Positions 26,423 to 58,213 of a stretch of 64,000 nt of DNA are shown here, in pieces. The stretch spans positions 175,312 through 239,311 of the forward strand of contig NMRA01000212.1 in the NCBI GenBank assembly GCA_002633005.1, read 5' to 3'. The notes under the pieces are model-generated. The model did no database searches. It was not told the DNA's origin and worked only from the letters and a program-made list of their open reading frames with translations. How positions within the stretch are numbered: position 1 is the stretch's first letter; each line of letters begins with the position of its first letter. The position numbers and the translations under genes are program-made. The stretch comes from Phoronis australis. Its lineage: Eukaryota > Animalia > Phoronida.

Positions 26423-27436
26423 TGTTTCAAAAGAAAACAAAACATACTGCACTTATTCCAATAGGAGTGGCAGAACGAACTGCATAGCCTTATGTTATGA
26501 ACACATGTAATTACTCTTACGAATATTTACAACTCTTAATATTCCTAGTGTCAGGAAAGTGAACTGTAACAAATCAAGGCTACAAAAAATTAAATAAGTT
26601 GAATATTACACAAAGTCATTAAGTTTTAAAATCTGTAACAAGATTCAGAATCCACACTGTTTGTCTATTTTGAAGAAATATGCACAGTACCAAATGAGAA
26701 TAAAGTATGCGGACACTACTTCAAACAGTGTTTGGATAACTATTGTGTTACACAGTGTAACAATTCACACCAATACCAAATGACAATTAATGATACTCCA
26801 AATATCCACTTTTGATAAGTGATACTGGTGGCAAAAGCATCAGCTCACCAGTAAGACATCAGAGCCATTCATGTTTCACTGCAATACATAAATTTCTGAA
26901 AACACGCTGAGGAAGCTCCTTCAAAAATATAAGTACGTCTTTTAGTTAAATTCAAGATTTCCTCATACTTAACTTGTGCTGCTAAATATACAGTGTTGTC
27001 AAATATTGACCCATTTTTCTCCATTAAAATGGAAATATAACAGTTTTAAACACTGGCAGGTGACCCTGGGTTCTACTTAACCAAAGACTTTCAATATTTA
27101 GCTCTACCAGTCGACCTTTCTTCGGGGTGAAAATTTGGAAATATCCAACACAGTTAGAACAGAGATTAATACATCACAAACGCTTGATTACCCCACAGAT
27201 GTCAAACTTTTAAACATTTTTCCTAAAATCAAACTTGAATGCAAAAAAGACGCATTGCATATACTCCACAGTTGCCATGGAATCCCACACATAACAAACA
27301 TGTGAATATATACAACTATTAGGTTATCCGACAGAATGCAGTCACAGTAGAGTGTAACTGACACTGGTACAGCCCATTTTGAAAAGAGTCAATCTCACAT
27401 TTCACAGGCAACAAAAGATGGCAATTGCCAATCGTC

Positions 27437-30400
27437 TTATTCAATAAGTTTCTTGGCCTTGAAGAATCTTCTTAGATACAGCACTTGCCACGTTGCCAGT
27501 CCAAGCAGACAACACATTGAGAAAATGCTGAAGTACAGAACTCTCGAGTGGGTTGATTCTGAAAACATGAATTTGAAATAAATGTCAATCTTTAAGTATG
27601 ACACACTAAATTTATTGAGGTGAATAATCCTAACTGCAAAGATTAATTAAGTTAAAAAAGTGTATTACCTAATACAACCGTAATCAATATAATTGAATCT
27701 TCGCAATCATTTCCAGGGTTTTGGACATACCTTGTTCAAGGTTCACCTGTGCATAACCTATCCTTGACAGAAATCTTTATTTTAGCACAGTTCAATGAAA
27801 CACACAAACTACTTTGTGAAGTACAAACAGCACATGGGTTACATTTGTTTTAATGATTAGCAGACATGGAAACGAGTTTTGCTTGGAGATGGAAAACCTA
27901 GTCACCAAGTCACCAAGAATTACCTCTATTTGTTCACTGATCATGTAATCTTATTCAAACTTCCACAGCAACGCTTATCAAGAAAAAAAGATTTTTTGGC
28001 AAATAAATATATATGTCTTTGGATTGTCTTCAGTTCGTTTCAATTACATGGCAAGTCTGATCGGTCAGTTTCAGGCTTTTTGATGCCTTCAGTGGCTCTG
28101 AACGTTGCTTTAGGCAACCAAAACAACTGAATTGGGACAATAACATAATTTTTAGGATGTGATGAAGCACATCAAAACTTTTTTTCGGTGTTAGGATCCC
28201 TACCGTTCGTGTCGCGCATTTCTTCTTCACGATGACGCATATAGGCAAAATCATTCACAATTGCTTCTGATAAGTCTTCAAGCCTCTTTAATTCTACTTC
28301 CAAAGGTTTTAACTTTTCTGCTTTAGCAATCTGAAAGGTAAAATTTTGTGATACAACACAGTCTCGTACTACCTGTAGTGACAATGCACAGCCATTTGTA
28401 TGAATTTTGTGAAACACAAGTAACACTCAGTCATAAAGGAACTGGCACAAAAACTCAACATTCAAAGTGCCTATAAACTTGCCTTCCATCACAAAAACCA
28501 ACCAGTTACCGTTATGAAATTGTTCTCAATAATTTCCTTAGTCAAATTGGAGGTGACTTCGGGAATCTGAAAGAAGAGCTGACAGTAATTGCTTGAGACC
28601 AGATTCTATTAGTTAGCTTGTCACAAAGTGTCTTGTGCGCTGAGAATGGTCCCAACGAATATAAAAGTTCTTTGCAAACCTGGAAATTACTTCTCCTCGA
28701 GTAAGGAACAAGCTTAAGTGAATTTTAGGACAGTAAGTAGTCTAACTTGAAAATTCAATTCTTGGATGGAACCAGGATTTAAGGCTGCTTTGATTCAAGC
28801 TCTTATGAGTAATACACACAAATAAAACATTTTAACTTTAGTTAAGACATCTTACAATAATAAATGGAACTTATCAAAGTTAAATTTATGAAACAACACA
28901 ACCAATGGCAGAATAGTTGGTTTTATATCCTTACTTCATCATAACTCTTGGCTTCAATGCCATGTTTCATGAGCAGGGACACTTCTCTTTCTGGTCCGTG
29001 GCCACCTAAAACAAAACATACACAATACAACGAGATATGTCCAGACACTTATATAAAACAGCATTCCACCAGAGGGAGCTCTATAATTTGGTATTTGTAT
29101 CAAACTAATGACAACTACAAACATTAGTTGGATTTTGACATAGTTAAATATGTGATAATTCAATCAGCTGTTGGAAAATCAAAAAACAACAAATTTCAAA
29201 ATTTCTTTTGTCCAAAATAAAAGAAAAACAAACTGTATATGACAATTCACACACTGCCTCACTATGTTAAAGTAACAATTACTACCTTGAGGCATCTTTG
29301 ACTCCATACACACTTCAAACATGTCATATTCTTCAGTAGTGAAGGCAAACTTTCCTTTTGAAATGTCTTCTTTCTTGTATAACGTATGTCCTTTTGAATC
29401 AGTGATCTGCAATCAACTTAAACAATTAGGACCATGAACACATAACTGCTTCCAAATTGCGACTTTCTAATATTTTAAATTTATCTCAACAAAACTTTAC
29501 CTAATCAGTAACTTTTTAATGTTTTCAATAAACAAGATTGATATCAAAATTGAAATTTGTGGCTCGGCAAAGCAACTGAAGCATCTTTTATTCATGAATT
29601 AATATATTTCTAAAAACATTGTTTGACATGAAAGACATTCCAGCCATGGAACTGTACCACAGATGGTTCTGATTTTAGGCCAAACCAATGTAAGAAAACA
29701 ACTGATTTGTGAACAATGTCTTATTTAGAACACTGTATAAATTATACAGAGTTCAGGCATTTCATTTTTTAACTCAAACATCATCAGTCGGAAAGCATAC
29801 ACCTAAAGATGAACACTGCAGATCGATCAAATACTATAATGACAATATACAAATTGAAAAGGGGACGGGAGACAGAAAATCGGAATTATCAAAATCAATG
29901 TCATGGTGCGTGGCAGAGGCATGTTGAAATGTTGAAAAACAGTGTTGTTGTCATGGGTCCTATGTTGTTCAATGTATTGGAGGAGACGGCGGATAGTACC
30001 GCAGAAGTTCAGAAATGACTGTGGAGTGCGGTGTACTAGTGTGAGCCAACAGTCACAGACCACCATATTGCCCCATTCAAAGTGTCCCATTGTATTGAGG
30101 GCATCCAGTTATCAAAGTTTATACATCCAGCAATTGCTAAGATGGTTTTACGCACCACAACACCTTACAGTCATTGAAGGTAAAATAGCAATAGGGCATT
30201 TGTGGGCTGATTCATGGAAACCGGCTACCACTCGGCAACCGACAGGCGAACAGACACAAACAAAGGCTACGTGCGTGTCGTTTTAATAGTTTTACAGCAA
30301 GATTACTGAACTCCTACGATCAACTGATGGATCTTCAACTTTGTGTCTAGTGTGTGGCAAAACAGATCTCACTGTGGTGGTGTCGTCAACTTACGTGAAT

Positions 30401-30592
30401 GTCTGTCTTTTGACCAGGTGCCTCACCAGCTTCGTATTCGCCAGTGACGAGTACGTTCTTGTGGATTTCTTCCTTTAAACATTTCTTCTGATTAGGACCC
30501 AGATGAAATCGTATGGCTTCAACAGAACACAGACATAACAAGCACAACTGAATGACAAGAATCATCACTGTATATGACGTTTCCGTGCGCAT
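27437..30592 (-). CDS. TMED10: Transmembrane p24 trafficking protein 10 (p23/TMP21), 5 exons, 212 aa
   Basis: Exons 30592-30395, 29406-29286, 29005-28935, 28330-28204, 27558-27437, all GT-AG, total 639 nt. Signal peptide, GOLD domain ([34 protein letters not shown]), coiled coil ([31 protein letters not shown]), TM segment and the tail [12 protein letters not shown]. Confidence 0.97.
29809..30018 (+). mobile_element. Degenerate CR1/L2-type LINE 3' fragment in TMED10 intron 1
   Basis: The translation MTIYKLKRG...[16 protein letters not shown] resembles the C-terminal I-Y-K-x-x-x-G ... NS-x-x-x-x-GP-x-LFN-x-LP pattern of LINE ORF2. Confidence 0.35.
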
Positions 30593-32479
30593 TTTCGCTT
30601 TAGTCTCAGTGCCCTGTAGTCGTGGCAAAGAACGCCACCGGTCACATTAGCGATAATCGCACTTTCTCGTGCTCTTCCGTGAAGTCTCGCAACCAGACTA
30701 AATTTAATATCGAATCTAGGAATGTCAACACTAATCCGTTAAATGAGACAATTATGGATTTCTTATAGGTCAAAATCAAAGAATAATTCGTTATTACAAA
30801 ACATTAAGTGCCTAAACTTGATTTTGTGAGCGTCGAAATATCGGATACGGAAATTACTGTAATTTAACGGAAATAGCCGAATTGTCTCGGCTTTTCCACC
30901 AACAGATTGCCGTAGACAACTGCGTATTAGAGATAACTTAAAAATAAATGGATAATGAATTTAAATAACAACTAAGCGTTCACTGTCGAAATCCATAAGG
31001 TCAACATTAAGTGTTGGAGTCAATTCAATTTCCGGCTGTAAATGCAAAGTTTTTTTGACGAATCTTGGCGTCTTCAATTCTCAACCCGCCAAGAAGCGGC
31101 ATGGAACGAAAGCTCGTCAAAATATCTTTTAAACAATTTCTGACGAAAGTAACATCTCGCGAAGTCTAGTACAGAGTGAGAAATTTTCCAGAAAAAAATA
31201 TCAAATTCACGACTTTTAAAATACGGGCGAAGCTAAAAGTCTGTCAGTGCCGGTTACTACAGAGCCTAATATCTCTCCCATGAAATCTGAGCAGTGGGCA
31301 AAAATCTACGTTTAAGGGGGGGGGGGGTTTAGGATTCGANTTTTGACGAATCTTGGCGTCTTCAATTCTCAACCCGCCAAGAAGCGGCATGGAACGAAAG
31401 CTCGTCAAAATATCTTTTAAACAATTTCTGACGAAAGTAACATCTCGCGAAGTCTAGTACAGAGTGAGAAATTTTCCAGAAAAAATATCAAATTCACGAC
31501 TTTTAAAATACGGGCGAAGCTAAAACTCTGTCAGTGCCGGTTACTACAGAGCCTAATATCTCTCCCAATCTGAGCACTGTCATGGGCAAAAATCTACGTT
31601 TTCTAAGGGGGGGTTTAGTATTCGAGCAAATCCGAGGCGCCTAGCGCCGAGCGGAAGGGTTTTTAGTAGCTGATTTCGTTTTTCTGGCGATTTTTTTTCA
31701 ATTTTTATTTTTGATCCTGTTCCGAGGGGGGGGGGGCCGGTCAATTTGAACCCCGGCCACTGAACCTCCCTCCCTGTAGATCCGCCTCTGCAAATGCGTG
31801 CTTGCGCTCAGTCAGTTGCTTGAAGTCGCTGAAGGCCAAAGGTCACACTTTCCTTAGGTCTATGTCTTCTCATACGAACTTGAAATAATTAAGGAGATGC
31901 GCTTTGCTTTGTGGGAGAACAAAATCGACGAAGTGGTGAGCAGTGGATAGATTGTTTTTTTGAAATTTGAAACTTAAAGAAAATACTTTGATGACAACAG
32001 CAATTAAAATCTTTACGAACAAAAAAATAAAAATACCTGGTGAGAAGGTTGAATTCTGTTTCAGTGGCAGAGAACCACTTTCAATAGTGCAGTTTGGTCT
32101 GTATATCGCGTTCCAGGCATCATTAAGAAAATAACAGTTCGTAGTAACATTACGTGGTGATCTTTTTCCATAGCAAAGTCGCAATTTTTTTCAGAGATCA
32201 TCCGCTTTTGCGGTTTAAAGAAATTTATAATTTTCTGTCTTTCTTTTCATTAGCTCAGTGCATGGCGAATCCGGCAAAGAGGTCTGGGATTTTCTGTCAC
32301 ATGTTTTGGCCGAGGAGTTGGTTGTCAAAAACGATTACTACAGAATTTCACAGAATTTTTGAGAACTGGTATTTTGTAAGTATGAAAATATCATTATGTA
32401 CATAACCTTACTCATCTGGACATAAAAAGATGCTTTTACAGCCTAATTGGAGCAACTTGGGTCATAATCCATACCAAAA

Positions 32480-32636
32480 CAGGGGCAGATTCAGGATTTT
32501 TATTTAGGAGGGCCAGGGCAGAGTATTAGCCAGGATTTTGCCCGTCAGACGGCGCACCCCCGAACTGCCAAATGGAATCTGGGAGAGTTTTAGGAGGGTC
32601 CATGGCCCACTTGGCCCCCCTCTAAATCCGCCACTG
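32480..32636. mobile_element. Short CAGGGGCGGAT-type MITE (hAT-like termini)
   Basis: CAGGGGCAGATTCAG ... CTAAATCCGCCACTG. No target-site duplication is visible. Confidence 0.5.
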
Positions 32637-32858
32637 CAAGAGATAAACGCGTCGTGTTGTGCATGTCCACTGCTCACACTGTCACTGGAGTAGAAGAGGT
32701 TTCAGTTTCCTGAGTATGACTATCATTTTATGTTCGAATTACGAAAAAGTTATTCAAAAAGAAACAATGAGCAATTGAATATTTTTTACATAAATATTTC
32801 AGGAAATGAGAGAAACAAGAGACTATTTGAAACGCTAAAACACGCACACAAATCAGAT

Positions 32859-33207
32859 CAGGGCCCGGGGTCTAATCTCTGTATTCAAAATCGAGCAAGA
32901 AATTGTTTTTGACATTTTAAGTTCTACTTTTGTGCAAATTCAAGATAAATGTCTATTATTGTGTGCTTGAGTATGTTTCGGTTTTTGCTGATTAGTGCGT
33001 CTAGTCCAAGTTACTCGTGATAAATCGATAATCTCCGACTTGTAGAAACTCAAAATTTCGAGTTCACACTCGCACCTAAATCGTAGTGTACCCGAGCACT
33101 GATCAATAATCGATGTTTATCTTAAATTCGCAAAAAAGTAGAACGTAAAATACCAAAATTAATTTCACGTTCGATTTAGAATCCAAGGATTATATCCCGG
33201 GCTCATT
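32859..33207. mobile_element. Foldback/palindromic element with imperfect arms over 100 bp
   Basis: GGGCCCGGGGTCTAATC..ATTCAAAATCGAGC..GTTCTACTTTTGTGCAAATTCAAGATAAATGTCTATTATTG pairs with CAATAATCGATGTTTATCTTAAATTCGCAAAAAAGTAGAAC..GTTCGATTTAGAAT..GATTATATCCCGGGCTC. Confidence 0.7.
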
Positions 33208-33346
33208 GAGACCTTAGTATCCTACGATAAAAAAATCTAACCAAATGGTCTCGTTTTCGAGTTGTTCATTATAGCGTGAATTCAGGATATGAGACTACGA
33301 TTTCTACTGTGGGTAGCGGGGCACGAGGTTGCGTATTTGATAAATG

Positions 33347-36300
33347 CCTTGTACGTGGAGGTCATTATTGTTTCCTACAAAATTCGTATGACATAGCTCT
33401 CGGTAACATTGAGAATCTCAACTAGTAGTTTTATGATTGCACGAAGAAGAATGAAAATACCTCATAATTTTATTATCATTTTATTATTTCATTTGGACGT
33501 TTTTCGACTGGAGTTGGTTAATTCAAATTATTGAATAAGTCTGAAGTATTCGAGGTATACTGCCATTTTACATGCACTCTATCAAACATTTTGAAAGGGC
33601 ACTGCCATTTCAATTACACAAATGACAAGGCTATATCTTTAAGATACCACAAATCATGAAATAATTTCTTGACCTAGTTACTGAAGTATGACCTGCTTAT
33701 GTCATCGCAACATCACTGCCTTTATTTTGTAGTCTATCTTCTTTTTTCTGCTCAATAATGTTGCCAGCCAAGTGTTTTACTTTGCTATATCATTCGGAGA
33801 GCTGAGAGGCAATGTTTGTAAGAGTGTTGAGGAGCTCAAACAGTGTGTTTCACGAAAATCCAAACCTCAGGTCAAATATACTGTTTTTGTCTTTAAACTT
33901 TTTCACCGCCAGAGTGTAAAAAGATTTAGCAACAAGAAGCTAACATCTAGCGGATCTTGGGTTCTTGAGCTTGCGATGAAAGTTTTGTTTATTTTTTGCA
34001 CACAAATTTAGTACTCAGAGTTCATCAAAGCCTTTTTATAGTGAAAGTGCTCTATCTTGATTTGCGTCATGTACAAATTCATATTATCGACTTACTCAAT
34101 ATTCCGAACTAAACGAACTAGGTTTGTGGCTTGAGCTCAGTAAGACATGATATAACTCTGTGAGATTGAGCTCGCCCCCAGTTCAAGAGTACGGAAATTG
34201 TATCATAAACTGAAAAGGAGTTTCAACACTATAAAATTTGAAATACTCGAGCCTTGGGCACCCACCTTTCCTTGTCCAACCTGTTCTCTCTTTGCCTAAC
34301 TAAATCGAAAATTATTGGAGGAGTCTAATCCTAGACTCCTCCAGAAGTTACATGTAGGCCTACGCCCGTGAATTCCGAGTGTTAGACTCCGAGTAAAATA
34401 TCGTTAGACCTATTTTATTGGAACATTAAGCCCTCACGGTGGCCCGAAAGTATCATCACTATTTTAGTTAAGTTACTTTGATATTTTTCCCTTTTTTCAC
34501 CTTGGTGGAAATATTATGCACCTGGATGTAAGTAATTTCAACCTAGGTATAAGGGTGGGAATTATTTCGACCTTGGTTGAAATTATTTACACCCAGATGG
34601 AAATTTTTTCCGCCTAAGTGAATTCTTTCTCGTCTAGGTGTAAATTATTTCCAAATAAGTGAAAATGGAAAAGTAAAAAAGTAATTTAACTAAACCGGAG
34701 AATCCTATGATACTTTCGAGCCACCGACTAGGCCCTGGACATGAAGATTTACTCTTTGCTTTTTTCGACCGACAGAGGTAGCCCTGGCTGGTAGTTGAAA
34801 AGATAACTTGTGGACGCGACCTCTTGAGGAAAAGCAATTATCTACATTTAAGCTCACTGTGAAGCCGATATCAAGTTAAGATGTCTATTTTAATTAACAA
34901 CCAGGGACTCTGGTTACGGCAATTTCACTCATAACCGATGTTGTCCGCAGAATGTCCTGGATATTCACTGTGAACATCGAAACTGGTTGAAGTCAATAAA
35001 AGAGCATCTGTTTTCCTGAGTACTCGCCATCTTGAGTTCTCAAGAACGAGCCCTGGAAAACTTGAAGGTCACAGTGTTCGCCATTTAAANGAATTAGCTA
35101 CTTCTTTTCATTTTGAAGGGAATTTTTGGCCCCCACTGAGTGGATTAGGTTGGGCTCTGTCCTGTCTTGCTGTGGCTGTGTTGCTCTAATAGAGCAAAGG
35201 TCAATGTTAAGCATAAAATGACATATGACCTCAGGCAAGTAACCGATTGTCTGTAAACACTTGGTCTTGCTACCCAACCCAATAGTAAAATAAATTGGAT
35301 TCTCATTTTAATAAGGAATAAGTAATGAGCCGTGCTAATTCTCTCTACGGCTGCCCGAAATGAGAGAACAAATTTACCTTTAATTACTATGACAAAAGAG
35401 CCCATGGCGGAATTTAACTTGCAAATCAAGAACACTCCAGCGTTCGACCTTGTACGTGGAGGTCATTATTGTTTCCTACAAAATTCGTATGACATAGCTC
35501 TCGGTAACATTGAGAATCTCAACTAGTAGTTTTATGATTGCATGAAGAAGAATGAAAATACCTCATAATTTTATTATCATTTTATTATTTCATTTGGACG
35601 TTTTTCGACTGGAGTTGGTTAATTCAAATTATTGAATAAGTCTGAAGTATTCGAGGTATACTGCCATTTTACATGCACTCTATCAAACATTTTGAAAGGG
35701 CACTGCCATTTCAATTACACAAATGACAAGGCTATATCTTAAGATACCACAAATCAGGAAATAATTTCTTGACCTAGTTACTGAAGTATGACCTGCTTAT
35801 GTCATCGCAACATCACTGCCTTTATTTTGTAGTCCGGCTATCTTCTTTTTTCTGCTCAATAATGTTGCCAGCCAAGTGTTTTACTTTGCTATATCATTGA
35901 GAGCTGAGAGACAATGTTTGTAAGAGTGTTGAGGAGCTCAAACAGTGTGTTTCACGAAAATCCAAACCTCAGGTCAAATATACTGTTTTTGTCTTTAAAC
36001 TTTTTCTCCGCCAGAGTGTAAAAAGATTTAGCAACAAGACGCTAACATCTAGCGGATCTTGGGTTCTTGAGCTTGCGATGAAAGTTTTGTTTATTTTTTG
36101 CACACAAATTTAGTACTCAGAGTTCATCAAAGCCTTTTTATAGTGAAAGTGCTCTATCATGATTTGCGTCATGTACAAATTCATATTATCGACTTACTCA
36201 ATATTCCGAACTAAACGAACTAGGTTTGTGGCTTGAGCTCAGTAAGACATGATATAACTCTGTGAGATTGAGCTCGCCCCCAGNGATTGAGCTCGCCCCC

Positions 36301-37450
36301 ACGCCCCCCCCCCCCTTCACCACCAAAAAAAAATGTAATCATGCTCTTCGTTCATTTAAACTTGTTTCGTGAACAATCAGTCCACTCCGCTGAAACGCGT
36401 TGTTCTAAGCCTTGTGCTAGAAAGGCCCGTGAGTGCGGCACGAGACTTAAACGTTACCATGGTAGTAGCCGTGAACATCACATCAAAAATCATTTGATTA
36501 AAAGCGGCAATAAAACTTTATGATGATTAGAAAACCTACAGTTCAAGAGTACAGAAATTGTATCATAAACTGAAAAGGAGTTTCAACACTATAAAATTTG
36601 AAATACTCGAGCCTTGGGCACCCACCTTTCCTTGTCCAACCTGTTCTCTCTTTGCCTAACTAAATCGAAAATTATTGGAGGAGTCTAATCCTAGACTCCT
36701 CCAGAAGTTACATGTAGGCCTACGCCCGTGAATTCCGAGTGTTAGACTCCGAGTAAAATATCGTTAGACCTATTTTATTCTTGGAACATTAAGCCCTCAC
36801 GGTGGCCCGAAAGTATCATCGCTATTTTAGTTAAGTTACTTTGATATTTTCCCTTTTTTCACCTTGGTGGAAATATTATGCACCTGGATGTAAGTAATTT
36901 CAACCTAGGAACAAGGGTGGGAATTATTTCGACCTTGGTTGAAATTATTTACACCCAGATGGAAATTTTTTCCGCCTAAGTGAATTCTTTCTCGTCTAGG
37001 TGTAAATTATTTCCAAATAAGTGAAAATGGAAAAGTAAAAAAGTAATTTAACTAAACCGGAGAATCCTATGATACTTTCGAGCCACCGACTAGGCCCTGG
37101 ACATGAAGATTTACTCTTTGCTTTTTTCGACCGACAGAGGTAGCCCTGGCTGGTAGTTGAAAAGATAACTTGTGGACGCGACCTCTTGAGGAAAAGCAAT
37201 TATCTACATTTAAGCTCACTGTGAAGCCGATATCAAGTTAAGATGTCTATTTTAATTAACAACCAGGGACTCTGGTTACGGCAATTTCACTCATAACCGA
37301 TGTTGTCCGCAGAATGTCCTGGATATTCACTGTGAACATCGAAACTGGTTGAAGTCAATAAAAGAGCATCTGTTTTCCTGAGTACTCGCCATCTTGAGTT
37401 CTCAAGAACGAGCCCTGGAAAACTTGAAGGTCACAGTGTTCACCATTTAA
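33347..37450. repeat. Near-identical duplication of the phosphorylase upstream region (33347-35089 / 35448-37450) around N35090
   Basis: Colinear sequence with few differences, and twin ORFs 34634-34837 and 36996-37199. Confidence 0.9.
34437..34726. mobile_element. MITE with 20-bp TIRs and short internal subrepeats; second copy at 36800-37088
   Basis: CGGTGGCCCGAAAGTATCAT ... ATGATACTTTCGAGCCACCG, with internal CACCT(T/A)GGTGGAAATTATTT-like units. Confidence 0.7.
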
Positions 37451-37488
37451 AGGGCTTGTGAACCGCCGTTGGTGGACTTTTCTTTACT

Positions 37489-56681
<19,193 letters not shown>

Positions 56682-56854
56682 ATTGGGTTACTCAGAATTA
56701 ATGATTCATTTTATGTTTTGACAAAATTTTAATTGGTTTGCTTTCATTACTTCAGTGACTAGTGATACTGGTGTCTAGAAAACTCAAGTGTGTTGCTGAG
56801 GAACAGTTAATGTAAGTTGTTTGTAGGTGGTTGTTTTTGACATTTATGGGGATG

Positions 56855-57000
56855 AAAACATGTTTTGATGTGCCGTAGGATTGTATGCCCAGAACACACT
56901 AGTCTTATTTGTACCAGAACAGGTAGAAAACGTGTTTTGATGTGCTGTAGGGTTGTATACGCTCAGACCACACTACTCCTTTTTGTACCAGAACTGGTAC
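56855..57000. repeat. Two tandem copies of about 72 bp in the phosphorylase 3' UTR
   Basis: GAAAAC.TGTTTTGATGTGC.GTAGG.TTGTAT..CAGA.CACACTA..TTTGTACCAGAAC.GGTA occurs twice. Confidence 0.8.
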
Positions 57001-57057
57001 ATGGTTGTTGATTGATTCAAAGTTATGATGACTGTTGTACTTATACATATTAATTCT

Positions 57058-57063
57058 AATAAA
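57058..57063 (+). promoter_or_regulatory. Candidate polyadenylation signal of glycogen phosphorylase
   Basis: AATAAA about 380 nt after the stop codon. Confidence 0.45.
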
Positions 57064-58213
57064 TTTAGCATTATTGCTTCTGACACTTCTTGTCTCTCAG
57101 TTGCACATATCACACTTATCTGTCTAAGCACACTGTGCACTTGTGAAATCAAAAACAAAATAGGCACCAAGGAATCCAAATAAGGGCACACCATTTGAGT
57201 TGGCAAGTACCTGCCGTACAGCCCTTTGGGTCTCATCTTGGTTCCTAGGGTTCAGGTACTAGAGCATTAAGTGACTTCAGTTGTCTTTAGAATGTTTGGG
57301 TTTATGAAGATGCAAAACGCAAGAATTTCAAAACTGACATTAGTGGGACTAGGTATGGTACAGGTCTTTATAAATAATAACCTCGTGCTTTTTGACGCTA
57401 CTGTAAGCCTGTCTTACAGAAATTATATTTTTTGATTTAGAACGTTTTATTAGGTTCCATTAAACTCCTCTTTTCTGTCAAATAACAAGTACGTGTGAAA
57501 TATACACTTCGCAAAATTTATGACTCCCGAAGCCTGTTGACTTAAATTGGATGCGAAATGCCGGCTTCTGTGAACTCGTTCCCAATACAGCAACTCACGA
57601 GTGTTAAGCCATTTCCTAGATAGGTTGCGACATATTGGTCTTACAACCTCCAATGAAGGTTGCGCAGGAGTGGTCAGGAAACTTATTTCCCGTCTCGCGG
57701 CTAATCAATAAGTTTTATACAATTTAAATGCGCAAAATTATATTTTATACTCCGACACGCCGTGTAGTCTCTAATATTTCATTGTTTTCTAGTGCGAGTG
57801 TCCTGTACACTAAATACATGTAGGCCTACCGACGGAAGCGATCAATTTTATCAAGAATACATTTGAGAAAACCGGTGGCTTGGAAGATTCAAAGTATGCA
57901 TTTGACACACTACATTTTTCAATGCGAATATTATGATAAATTTTACCGTGTCGGAATTAATGGCGCCTCTTTCTCCTTCGTAACTGTTCTGGGCAGACCA
58001 GTTGCTCAGCTTCGTCAGGCCAGTCAATGACCCAAGGTGCGTCTTTTGTTTACTCAGGTCATGCCATTACCGTTGTCAACGGACTTACCCTTCCATGGCA
58101 TGCTCATTAACTCGTAGAGAATTTTACATAATGGCAAAATAATGGTCGCAAGGTTGAAAGTGTTTTTGGCGTTTCTTCGTCACTCGATTTTGTTTTTTAA
58201 AACTGAAAAGAAC

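Noticed and set aside
34634-37199. Two identical 67-aa ORFs suggesting a duplicated small gene
   Set aside because: They overlap a MITE end within the duplicated upstream region and have no coding features.
57960-57983. ATGGCG start for the orphan membrane gene
   Set aside because: The frame stops after 7 codons. The ATG at 58214 has better context and a compatible donor.
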